Of a stretch of DNA of 53,337 nt, positions 17,806 through 26,408 are shown in pieces. The number at the start of each line of letters is the position of its first letter. Position 1 is the stretch's first letter. Made by a program: the position numbers and the translations under genes. Source of the stretch: Nanobdellota archaeon (lineage in GTDB: Archaea > Nanobdellota > Nanobdellia > Pacearchaeales > GW2011-AR1); the NCBI GenBank assembly GCA_038045705.1, contig JBBSXO010000004.1, positions 1 to 53,337 on the forward strand. Direction: 5' to 3'. The notes beneath the pieces are model-generated. The model saw only the letters and a list, made by a program, of their open reading frames with translations, did not search any database and had not been told where the DNA came from.

Positions 17806-18207
17806 TTAAGAACAGATGCCTTCGCCATTATTAAATGTAGCGTCGCAAACACCCTCTGATTGATAACAAACAGCACTAATACCACATCTACAAGGAACTT
17901 CACTTGTTATGACATGGAAAGCATCAAATGTGCAAAATCTCAAAACCTCTCCTTCAGAAACAGTTCCAGAATCTCCAATACCAAAACTTCCTCCTGAACT
18001 AGCACCTCCAGAATTAGATGAACCTGAAGGCAATGGCACAGCAGGAGAGTCTTCAGCATTTTCAGCAGACTTAAATCCAATAGTTTCAAAGAATCTTTCA
18101 ACTCCACGATTATTATCGCTCAAAAAAACAAAATAAAAAATTAAAATAAAAACAGAAATCAAAATAGCAAGAAAAACACGAAAAGCAATCTTTTGATTCC
18201 AAACCAT
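17806..18207 (-). CDS. Membrane-anchored protein with Ser/Gly linker and Cys-rich C-terminal domain
   Basis: N-terminal TM, SGSSNSGGASSGG linker, 6 Cys near the C-terminus; co-directional inside the pilin cluster. Confidence 0.75.
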   Translation of the reverse strand: MVWNQKIAFRVFLAILISVFILIFYFVFLSDNNRGVERFFETIGFKSAENAEDSPAVPLPSGSSNSGGASSGGSFGIGDSGTVSEGEVLRFCTFDAFHVITSEVPCRCGISAVCYQSEGVCDATFNNGEGICS

Positions 18208-18241
18208 TCTATGTAATAAATTAAAGAGCTATTAAATTTAA

Positions 18242-18775
18242 TTATGTCCAAGTACAACCAGCAGTCCTACAAGCAAAGTCTGTATTGTAAGTACTACAAG
18301 CAGGACTAATAACGACAGGACCAGTACAACGAACTGTTGTTCCAGATAGATAATCTGCACAAGTCTTCTCACCATCAGATGTAGTTATTTTAGTTTCAGG
18401 TTTAGCAGGAGCTAGAGTTTGACAAGCAGACTGCCTAAATGAAAAGTTATCCATATCACATCTTAATGAATTAATTTCAGTATTAACCCCATCATTTTTA
18501 AGAGAATCAATAATAGTAGGATGTCTACAATTAACAATTTCATCTCCAATCAACTTGTAACTACAAAAATCAATTCTCAAGGTACCTTGAGCATACAATG
18601 CACAAGCCTTTGCAAGAGTCTGCAATTCACTAGGAGCATTATCAAATGCTCCAAAGAAAAAGTCCCATCCCTTAGTAAAACCAACAATTAGCATAACAAG
18701 AACCGCAAGGCCTAAAACAATCAGTATAACTGTAGAAATAGTAACATCTCCTTTTCTTTCCCTTACAATCACCAT
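18242..18775 (-). CDS. Pilin-like protein with class III signal, Cys-rich
   Basis: MVIVRERKG|DVTISTVILIVLGLAVLVMLIVGF. Confidence 0.82.
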   Translation of the reverse strand: MVIVRERKGDVTISTVILIVLGLAVLVMLIVGFTKGWDFFFGAFDNAPSELQTLAKACALYAQGTLRIDFCSYKLIGDEIVNCRHPTIIDSLKNDGVNTEINSLRCDMDNFSFRQSACQTLAPAKPETKITTSDGEKTCADYLSGTTVRCTGPVVISPACSTYNTDFACRTAGCTWT

Positions 18776-18797
18776 ACTAAACAGTAATAAAAGTTCT

Positions 18798-19283
18798 TTA
18801 TAAATCTTGTTCTATAATCTCATTAATAGAGACAACATCAACATCAAATAAAATGACTTTTGAATAAGAGTAACGCATTTCATTATTAGAAACAACATAA
18901 TCCTCAAAAACATCTGAAACAACAAGTTTGTAACCTAAAGCAGTTTGTTCAATAGAATAATCTCCAAGAGATATTTTGGCATATAGGTTTGTGTTCAATC
19001 CAGATAAGCGCTTTTCAAGACCCAGTCTTTTCAAAGATTCATTGAAAGATGTCAAAAAATCAGTAGAGTCTTTTGAATCAGTAATTGACAATAGAACAAT
19101 CTCTTTAAGACTTTCTTCAAATAATCTATGACTTGCTTCACTTTTACTAGTCAAAATTTGAAGATTTGCTTTTTGATCATAAATATCTCCATTAAAAGTT
19201 ATCATGTTAAACAATGCTAAAATAATCAAAATAAAAGCTAAAAAAGGAGTTAGAATAACAGCAATATTTCCGCCCCTATTCAT
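18798..19283 (-). CDS. Minor pilin-like protein
   Basis: MNRGG|NIAVILTPFLAFILIILALF. Confidence 0.7.
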   Translation of the reverse strand: MNRGGNIAVILTPFLAFILIILALFNMITFNGDIYDQKANLQILTSKSEASHRLFEESLKEIVLLSITDSKDSTDFLTSFNESLKRLGLEKRLSGLNTNLYAKISLGDYSIEQTALGYKLVVSDVFEDYVVSNNEMRYSYSKVILFDVDVVSINEIIEQDL

Positions 19284-19789
19284 GCTACCCTCTTAATAAA
19301 CAAGTTTAGTTCATTTGGATTGCAGAACCCAATAGCATCATAGTTCTTAGTATTAGTATCAAAAATTTTCTCAAATTCAGAAGCAGGAATCTCACTTACG
19401 GCAAAATTCTCAAATGCTTGAAATTTTAAATGAGCAAAATAACGTGCATTGATATCAAAATGAGCTGAACTACGAGTAGCAAAAACAAAAGCATAACCAT
19501 ATCCATATCTATCAGAAAATTCCCTTATTAATACCTCTTTAAGTTCCTCATTTAAAGAATAAAGTTTTCCAGATTTGCATCCTTTATCAACAGCTTCTCT
19601 GACAGTGAGAATTTCATTATTAAATATTATATAACTCATTCCAAAGTTATTAGCAATATTTTCTTCATTTTCAAAATCAATAGAAATAAAACCAGCCAAA
19701 ATTACAAACAAAACCATAAAAAAAAATACAACAATCATTCCAGGAAAATTAGCTAATATGTTCCCTAATATTTTACCAAATCTATTCAT
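19280..19789 (-). CDS. Minor pilin-like protein
   Basis: MNRFG|KILGNILANFPGMIVVFFFMVLFV; ATGA overlaps at both ends. Confidence 0.65.
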   Translation of the reverse strand: MNRFGKILGNILANFPGMIVVFFFMVLFVILAGFISIDFENEENIANNFGMSYIIFNNEILTVREAVDKGCKSGKLYSLNEELKEVLIREFSDRYGYGYAFVFATRSSAHFDINARYFAHLKFQAFENFAVSEIPASEFEKIFDTNTKNYDAIGFCNPNELNLFIKRVA

Positions 19790-20247
19790 GCTAAAACTCT
19801 CCTTGGACTCTGGGAGCTTCCAACCAAAATATAATTTCCGTTTTGAGATTTGAATTCAGCACACAAAGGTAAACCCCTATTTCTAAATCTTGTATCTAAA
19901 AAACATCTTACCTTGAAGTCTTCAACACCAATAGAAAGTTCAGCTCCTTTACTGTTCTTCAAATAAACAAAATGCTTTCCATCTTCTAGAATACTCTGAC
20001 TAACATCACATTTCTCAAAAAAAGAATTTTTATCAATTGAATTTAAATCAAAAAACCCTTCTCTAACAAAACAGTCCTTTGCTTCCTCTAAAATCAAATT
20101 AGACTCAGTAAACCTATAGTCGTAACCTTTACCATAAAAAGCTACTAATCCTCCAATCAAACCAGCAGCAATTATAGTCAAAGTAATCAAAAATGGTATG
20201 TATAATATACCTTCAGGCACAGCACCTTTTCTATCTTTAAAGTTCAT
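19786..20247 (-). CDS. Minor pilin-like protein
   Basis: MNFKDRKG|AVPEGILYIPFLITLTIIAAGL. Confidence 0.75.
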   Translation of the reverse strand: MNFKDRKGAVPEGILYIPFLITLTIIAAGLIGGLVAFYGKGYDYRFTESNLILEEAKDCFVREGFFDLNSIDKNSFFEKCDVSQSILEDGKHFVYLKNSKGAELSIGVEDFKVRCFLDTRFRNRGLPLCAEFKSQNGNYILVGSSQSPRRVLA

Positions 20248-20662
20248 TTCTTTGTTTCCTCACTACTTTGAAAATAAGTCTTGTTTTATCTGCCCCACCA
20301 GAAGGACTTTCCACATACCAATCAATAATGTCAAAATCCATAAAGAAATCAAAACTAGTTCCAGATCCTATCCTAGCACTTGCAGTAACTTTATTATTTA
20401 CATTATCAATAGAAATAATTTCTTTTATAAGTTTTTCATTTTTGCTTGCAGCATTAGCTAAAGGAGTTATATCTATTTTAAATTCCATTCCTGGTTCAGC
20501 TTTATTTATTATTTTTACAATCTCTTTCGAATAAAAGTCTTCATAATAAGTAGCACCGTTGGAATAAGAACTTATGATTGAAAACATGTAAAACAAAAAA
20601 AGAATAAGGATTATCAAATAAACAATGTTTCCAGTAAAGAAATCAATACCTCTTTTATTCAT
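20237..20662 (-). CDS. Minor pilin-like protein
   Basis: MNKRG|IDFFTGNIVYLIILILFLFYMF. Confidence 0.78.
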   Translation of the reverse strand: MNKRGIDFFTGNIVYLIILILFLFYMFSIISSYSNGATYYEDFYSKEIVKIINKAEPGMEFKIDITPLANAASKNEKLIKEIISIDNVNNKVTASARIGSGTSFDFFMDFDIIDWYVESPSGGADKTRLIFKVVRKQRNEL

Positions 20663-20702
20663 GTTTTGAAAAGTAAAAACAAGAATATAAAGATAACTAA
20701 AA

Positions 20703-21317
20703 TTAGCTAAAAGATAAATCTCTACCTAAGTTACAAGTGTTTTTAACAAACTGAATTTCATCAAAAACGCTAACATAACTAATAGGTCCACTAATAGATA
20801 TCCCAGATTTTTCTTTTTTAACAAAAAATGGTATTAAGTTAGACTGTTGATTCATTATATAACAAGATACAAAATCACTCTTTATAGATTGACCTTGCGG
20901 AAACTTATATTTATATTCTGAAGAAACTTCAATATTTCTATCAAAATACCTACAATAGCTTACTTGCTGACAATTTGTAATAGATTTCTCACATAAGCAC
21001 AAACAACTCTTGTCAAAGCATTTCTGAGGTTTTCTATCCTTGCCAATAATATCTGATCCACTAGCTATAGGTACATCTTTACTCCATGCAGATAAAATCC
21101 ACCCACTAACACTTACTAAAGCAAAGGTATTACTCTCTCCATCTTCTAAATTTTCAATCTTAGCGCTTAAGCTGTTGACGAAAGCTTGTGCATTGTTTTC
21201 ATTCTGTTTAGTATAAGACTCAAAAAGATTTTTTGCAAATATCCCTATTACTATTATAGCAACTACAACCAATAATGTTCCAAGGAGTTCTTCCAGTGTC
21301 CATACTCCATTTCTCAT
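20703..21317 (-). CDS. Minor pilin-like protein
   Basis: MRNG|VWTLEELLGTLLVVVAIIVIG (Glu at +5); CFDKSCLCLC motif. Confidence 0.78.
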   Translation of the reverse strand: MRNGVWTLEELLGTLLVVVAIIVIGIFAKNLFESYTKQNENNAQAFVNSLSAKIENLEDGESNTFALVSVSGWILSAWSKDVPIASGSDIIGKDRKPQKCFDKSCLCLCEKSITNCQQVSYCRYFDRNIEVSSEYKYKFPQGQSIKSDFVSCYIMNQQSNLIPFFVKKEKSGISISGPISYVSVFDEIQFVKNTCNLGRDLSFS

Positions 21318-22618
21318 AATTTACCCTCTATTAAATTACAAATACCGTTAATGCTATTCACATCCCAGTTCATTAATTTCACGAGTGAACATCCTTTCTT
21401 TTCTGTTTCACTCAAAGTACTTTCAAATTTTCCACATGTGGCGGCAGATAACGCCTGATTAGCTGAAACAGCAGAAGAAGCATCAGAAGCAAGACTCAAA
21501 GAAGTACCCCCTACAGCAGCAATAGTGAAAAGAGCCTTGTACCATCCTGGGCCAGGAATTAGGAAGCTAGCAATCTTTCCAGGTCCGCTTAAAGCTGTAA
21601 TTCCTCCAAGAATAGCTCCATTCTGTAAAGTATTCCAGAAAGCATCATCCTCCTTAATTGAAGGAACCTTAATTTGTGAAAATACAATTGCAATCTGGTT
21701 TGAAGAGGTAGCTTTTTTCAAATTAGCAAGATAACTAACAAGTTTAGGCTCCAGCATTTTTTCAATTTCAGCTTTTTCCACAGGCTGATTCTTGAACTGC
21801 TCTAGCAATACAGCTTTTGCATTAGCAAATTCCTCGGGAGTCAAATCAGTCTTGCCAAAGTACTGGCTTAATCCTTCTGTATCTCCTATAGAACTATATC
21901 CTGTCCCAGCACTAGGATCAGTAAATGCCTGGAAATAAGTCAAACTGCTTCTAGGAACTTTCTCTCTTGACATGTAAGTGTTATAATTTATCTGCTTCAA
22001 AATTCCCAATTGCTTTAATTGCTTGTCAGCCTCAATTAATTTATCAGAAAATGCAACTCTTGAGCATATCACACATGCAGGTTTAATTTTAGGGATAGCT
22101 AATCCCAGAGTCTCTGTTGCAGTATTTGCGAGTATATCTTCTATATCTTTTCCATAATTGCTACTTTGAGTGAAAATGTCCATTTTTCCCTGTCCAGTCA
22201 TATACCAACAGTCAAACATTGCGTTTGCAACCTTTCTTTGAATAGTTTCTAGTGTCTGTGTTTGTTCTCCAATATCTGAGCTCATCTTTACTTTTATATC
22301 CGCAACATTTTTTTCTCCAGCAAATTGCTTGCAGTCACTCTTCTGATTTCCAAAGATAGTAAAAGAATCAAAAAATCCTTCATTAACAGTTATACAAATC
22401 TTTTCAGTATGGCAATTCAAAGGAATAGCTTGTTGAACAACACTAGGAACAGTAGCTCTTGAAATAATAGAAAGCCTACATAAATCTCTTTCAGATAAAT
22501 CTCTATTTTCAAAAACCTGGAAAAGTGCAAATGCAAGTATTGCAAATCCCACAATAGTTGCAATTATCAAAGCAAGTTGCGAAGAAACAAGATCGCCCTT
22601 TTTATTATTAAATATCAT
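21314..22618 (-). CDS. Large pilin-like protein with internal hydrophobic hairpin
   Basis: MIFNNKKG|DLVSSQLALIIATIVGFAILAF; multiple Cys; late Gly/Ala-rich segment GAILGGITALSGPGKIASFLIPGPGWYKALFTIAAVGG. Confidence 0.78.
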   Translation of the reverse strand: MIFNNKKGDLVSSQLALIIATIVGFAILAFALFQVFENRDLSERDLCRLSIISRATVPSVVQQAIPLNCHTEKICITVNEGFFDSFTIFGNQKSDCKQFAGEKNVADIKVKMSSDIGEQTQTLETIQRKVANAMFDCWYMTGQGKMDIFTQSSNYGKDIEDILANTATETLGLAIPKIKPACVICSRVAFSDKLIEADKQLKQLGILKQINYNTYMSREKVPRSSLTYFQAFTDPSAGTGYSSIGDTEGLSQYFGKTDLTPEEFANAKAVLLEQFKNQPVEKAEIEKMLEPKLVSYLANLKKATSSNQIAIVFSQIKVPSIKEDDAFWNTLQNGAILGGITALSGPGKIASFLIPGPGWYKALFTIAAVGGTSLSLASDASSAVSANQALSAATCGKFESTLSETEKKGCSLVKLMNWDVNSINGICNLIEGKL

Positions 22619-22652
22619 AGAAAAGAAAGAAAAAACAAGTTTATAATTCTAA

Positions 22653-22760
22653 TCACGTCAATCTCTTAAATAAAAAGTAAATAGAGAATCCTGCAAGGAC
22701 CAATATCAAAACCCAAAGAAGGATATTTGTCAAGTTCTCATAAGCAAAACCCTTATGCAT
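22653..22760 (-). CDS. Mini-pilin (35 aa, not in the ORF track)
   Basis: MHKG|FAYENLTNILLWVLILVLAGFSIYFLFKRLT; SD-like GGTGGTG upstream; overlaps the stop of the upstream gene. Confidence 0.7.
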   Translation of the reverse strand: MHKGFAYENLTNILLWVLILVLAGFSIYFLFKRLT

Positions 22761-24000
22761 TTGCACCACCTTTAACAATTTTATAATCTGCATAATATCC
22801 ATTTAAAATATTAAAAACAAATTGACTTGTCTGTGCATGATTTAGCCTATGCCATTCCTTTTCTCTAAGGTAATCAACATCAATAGCTCTTCCTTTTATG
22901 AAAACTCCATCATTGCCATCATTTTTATCTTTTTCAAAATAAACTTCTTCATTCCAAAATAGACCATTAGGTTTAGTCAATAAAATCAAGTTTTCATAAA
23001 AACTATTTTCAGAAGTAATTAGCCTAGCATCATCAAATCTAGGATCAACATTCCACCCACTTGAAGAATAAGAAACATAACCAGGTGCAGGAGTATCAAA
23101 ATCAGTATCAAAATCAAAGCTAAATCTTATATCGGGTTTTGTTCCTACTTGCGTATACATTTCCGATGATATCTCATCTTTGTCTTCATAACTAACTAAT
23201 CCAAAGCAATTATCCTTGTAATCCTGTGTTTTTCCAACATTGTCAAGTTTAAGATCAACAAGAAGATAACCGTCAACTAATCTCACAGAAAATTCCTTGT
23301 CTGATTTAGCTTTATCTTCTTTCAAATTTGCAAAAGTCAAAAATTTCTCACATTTGTTTCCTTGAAGTATTGAATCTCTCCATGCAAGTATATTTTGCAC
23401 ATGATCTGAGTTCTTCAAAGATTCATATTCAGGTTTTACAAATTCAGGGACAAAAGCATCTTGTGCAATATTGTAATCTTCAAAATCTATAGTTGCATCA
23501 TTGGTATAACCAAATTTAAAGTAAAGAGGCAACGAGTTTACTTTTTCTTTTTCTTCAAATGTTTTTTTAGTTTTTGGATAAACCTTAACAAGACTATTAA
23601 CAGACATTTCCTGAGAAACAACCCAGTATCTCCAACTGTTAATGTCAATGTTAAAATTTTCAGGTTTCCTCTTTGTATTAACATAAAAATCGAGAAGCTC
23701 TTTTTTTATTTCATTAGGTACAAATTCATACTTATCAAGAGTATAGGCTTTAGAAGAATCAGCAATAACTTGCCATCTATCTCCTTCAATGTAATAGCCA
23801 AGTTCAAGTTCATTAGTTTTTAAATTCACCCCAACAATTGAAGTACCTTCAGGAGCAGTTATATTGAAGCTTGGAAGCAGTTTAGCCAATCCAACAAAAA
23901 CCAAAAAATTCTTCCAAACACCAGTCAAAGTAATAACTAAAACTGCAATCCCTATAATCACTCCAACCCATATAGTTCTAGTATCTCCCCTATTAATCAT
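22753..24000 (-). CDS. Large pilin-like/adhesin protein
   Basis: MINRG|DTRTIWVGVIIGIAVLVITLTG followed by a ~380-aa soluble region. Confidence 0.75.
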   Translation of the reverse strand: MINRGDTRTIWVGVIIGIAVLVITLTGVWKNFLVFVGLAKLLPSFNITAPEGTSIVGVNLKTNELELGYYIEGDRWQVIADSSKAYTLDKYEFVPNEIKKELLDFYVNTKRKPENFNIDINSWRYWVVSQEMSVNSLVKVYPKTKKTFEEKEKVNSLPLYFKFGYTNDATIDFEDYNIAQDAFVPEFVKPEYESLKNSDHVQNILAWRDSILQGNKCEKFLTFANLKEDKAKSDKEFSVRLVDGYLLVDLKLDNVGKTQDYKDNCFGLVSYEDKDEISSEMYTQVGTKPDIRFSFDFDTDFDTPAPGYVSYSSSGWNVDPRFDDARLITSENSFYENLILLTKPNGLFWNEEVYFEKDKNDGNDGVFIKGRAIDVDYLREKEWHRLNHAQTSQFVFNILNGYYADYKIVKGGANA

Positions 24001-24152
24001 CTACCAAATCTCCACAAATCCTTTAAAAAATCAAGAGTAGAATTAGTCTTTCCACTTAAAACAGAGTAAAGAAACAGTATAATAGCAAGAGTTCCTAAAG
24101 TTATTATCCAAGGAATCAAAGTATCAAAAGTCAATTCACCTTTTTTCACCAT
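23997..24152 (-). CDS. Short Flp-sized pilin (51 aa, not in the ORF track)
   Basis: MVKKG|ELTFDTLIPWIITLGTLAIILFLYSVLSGKTNSTLDFLKDLWRFGR; first gene of the cluster, ATGA overlap with the next gene, TTTATA box about 25-30 nt upstream. Confidence 0.8.
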   Translation of the reverse strand: MVKKGELTFDTLIPWIITLGTLAIILFLYSVLSGKTNSTLDFLKDLWRFGR

Positions 24153-24251
24153 GCAAAACAAAACAAAAGCATCAATATAAATCTAATTATCTTTAACCAA
24201 AGTTTAATAACATAAAAAAGGTATCCTTACAATGCAAAAAGGAGTTGAAAA

Positions 24252-26408
24252 ATGGTAACAACAGATGAAATTCTCAAAAAGTATCAACAAAAAATAGAAT
24301 CAGAAATTGGTAGTAAAACAGGCTACAACAAAGCTTCTTATTCACAAGACTATGAACATTTCAAAGAAGACATGCTTCCAGATATTTCTAGGTACAAAAG
24401 GTGGGCAGATGCTTTAGGAAGAATAATAAAAATAAGACTTTCAGAAAAAGAAAATACAAAAATCCAACGCCATCTTAACATAGCACATTTAGATATAATG
24501 CCCTCACAATCAGCAGGCTTGGCATTAGTAGCAATGTTTCTAACAATGTTAGTAACTTTAACTTTAGTATTAAGCATAACGTTTCTAAATAGTTCATTCC
24601 CATTAATGCTTACTTTTCTAGGATTTATCCTAAGTGGATTTGTTTATTATTACGTTTACTCTATGCCAAATAGATTAGCTAACATATGGAGACTAAAAGC
24701 ATCTTCTCAAATGATCCCTGCAATATTATATATTGTAATTTATATGAAACATACTTCAAATTTAGAAAGAGCAGTTCAGTTTACCTCTGAACATTTAGAC
24801 ACCCCATTAGCTCTTGACTTCAAAAAAATACTTTATGATGTAGAAACAGGAAGATATCAAACAGTTAAACAATCCCTAGATGCTTATTTAGAAACATGGA
24901 GAGACTATTCTCCTGAATTTATAGAATCATTCCACTTAATTGAATCGAGCCTTTACGAGCCAGGAGAATCACAAAGAGTAAACACTTTAGAAAGAGCATT
25001 GCAAGTAATGTTAGAAGGTGTTTATGATAAAATGCTCTCTTATTCAAGAGACATAAGAGCACCATTAACCAATGTCTACATGTTAGGAATTATTCTTCCA
25101 ACATTAGCATTAGCACTTCTCCCATTAGCCAGCGTAGTAATCGCAGGAGGTCTAAAATGGTATCATCTTTTTACGATATTTAATCTGATAATACCTTTAG
25201 GAGTCTATTTCATGACTTCAGAAATCTTGCTAAAAAGACCTGGAGGTTACGGAGAAAATTCTAATATAGAAAAAAATCCAGATTACCACAAATTCACATC
25301 ATCAAAGCCATGGTTAATCGCAGGTATAATCTGCATACCACTTTTCATTTTAGGGATATTACCATTTATATTACAAAGTGATTTAATTACTTCCATTTTA
25401 AACATAAAGAGCGATTATACTTTTGGGGAATTAGGATTCCCATTTTTTCAAGATCAGTATCTTTTTGATTTTAAAGAAGTAGCAAGTAGTAAAGTTGGAC
25501 CATTTGGCCTTGCAGGAATAATGCTAAGTTTATTCATCCCATTATCGATAGCAAGTTACTTCAGTATCGCTTATAGACTAAAAACGAAAGAAATAATTAA
25601 AGCAAGAAGAGAAACAAAAGAATTAGAAAAAGAATTCACAAGTACCTTATTCCAGTTAGGCAATCGTTTAGGTGATGGTGTTCCAGCAGAAAGAGTCTTT
25701 GCAAAAGTGGCAGAATCATCTCAAGGTCAAAAAACACAAAGTTTCTTCACATTAGTAAATCAAAACATCCAGCAAATGGGTATGTCAATAGAACAAGCAG
25801 TTTTTGACAATCAAAGAGGAGCGATAATCTACTATCCATCTGCAATAATATCTACTAGCATGAAAATTCTTATAGAATCTGTAAAAAAGGGTCTCAAAAT
25901 AGCAGCAAGATCAATGATGTCAATCTCAGATTATATAAAAAATATTCAAAAAATAAATGACAGGCTGAAAGACTTACTAGCAGAAGTAGTATCAGATATG
26001 CGCTCCAATATGGTTTTTCTAGCACCATTATTATCTGGAATAATTGTAGGTTTAACTTCAATGATTGCAATAATTCTAAACAAACTAAAATCTCTTTCAG
26101 ATTTAACGGCAGGAGGAACAGAGATAGCAGGCATAGGAAGCATAGGAAATATAACTAATCTGTTTGATATAACAAGCATAATACCTCCATATTTTGTTCA
26201 AGTCTCAATAGGGCTATATTTGATAGAAATAATTTTTATCCTAACAGGAACGTTAGTAACTGTAGATTCAGGTAAGGATGAGTTACAAGAAAAACATGAA
26301 TTAAGTAGGAATCTAAAACGTGGATTAACATTATATCTAATAACCACATTCATAGGAACATTGATGTTAACAGGTTTGGCAGCCGTTGCCCTTTCAGGTT
26401 TAGGTTAA
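24252..26408 (+). CDS. Type IV pilus membrane platform protein (two T2SSF/TadB-TadC-like halves)
   Basis: 718-aa polytopic protein: HTSNLERAV..PLALDF first repeat, LFQLGNRLGDGVPAE second repeat; lies between the pilins and the ATPase; SD GGAG. Confidence 0.8.
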   Translation: MVTTDEILKKYQQKIESEIGSKTGYNKASYSQDYEHFKEDMLPDISRYKRWADALGRIIKIRLSEKENTKIQRHLNIAHLDIMPSQSAGLALVAMFLTMLVTLTLVLSITFLNSSFPLMLTFLGFILSGFVYYYVYSMPNRLANIWRLKASSQMIPAILYIVIYMKHTSNLERAVQFTSEHLDTPLALDFKKILYDVETGRYQTVKQSLDAYLETWRDYSPEFIESFHLIESSLYEPGESQRVNTLERALQVMLEGVYDKMLSYSRDIRAPLTNVYMLGIILPTLALALLPLASVVIAGGLKWYHLFTIFNLIIPLGVYFMTSEILLKRPGGYGENSNIEKNPDYHKFTSSKPWLIAGIICIPLFILGILPFILQSDLITSILNIKSDYTFGELGFPFFQDQYLFDFKEVASSKVGPFGLAGIMLSLFIPLSIASYFSIAYRLKTKEIIKARRETKELEKEFTSTLFQLGNRLGDGVPAERVFAKVAESSQGQKTQSFFTLVNQNIQQMGMSIEQAVFDNQRGAIIYYPSAIISTSMKILIESVKKGLKIAARSMMSISDYIKNIQKINDRLKDLLAEVVSDMRSNMVFLAPLLSGIIVGLTSMIAIILNKLKSLSDLTAGGTEIAGIGSIGNITNLFDITSIIPPYFVQVSIGLYLIEIIFILTGTLVTVDSGKDELQEKHELSRNLKRGLTLYLITTFIGTLMLTGLAAVALSGLG

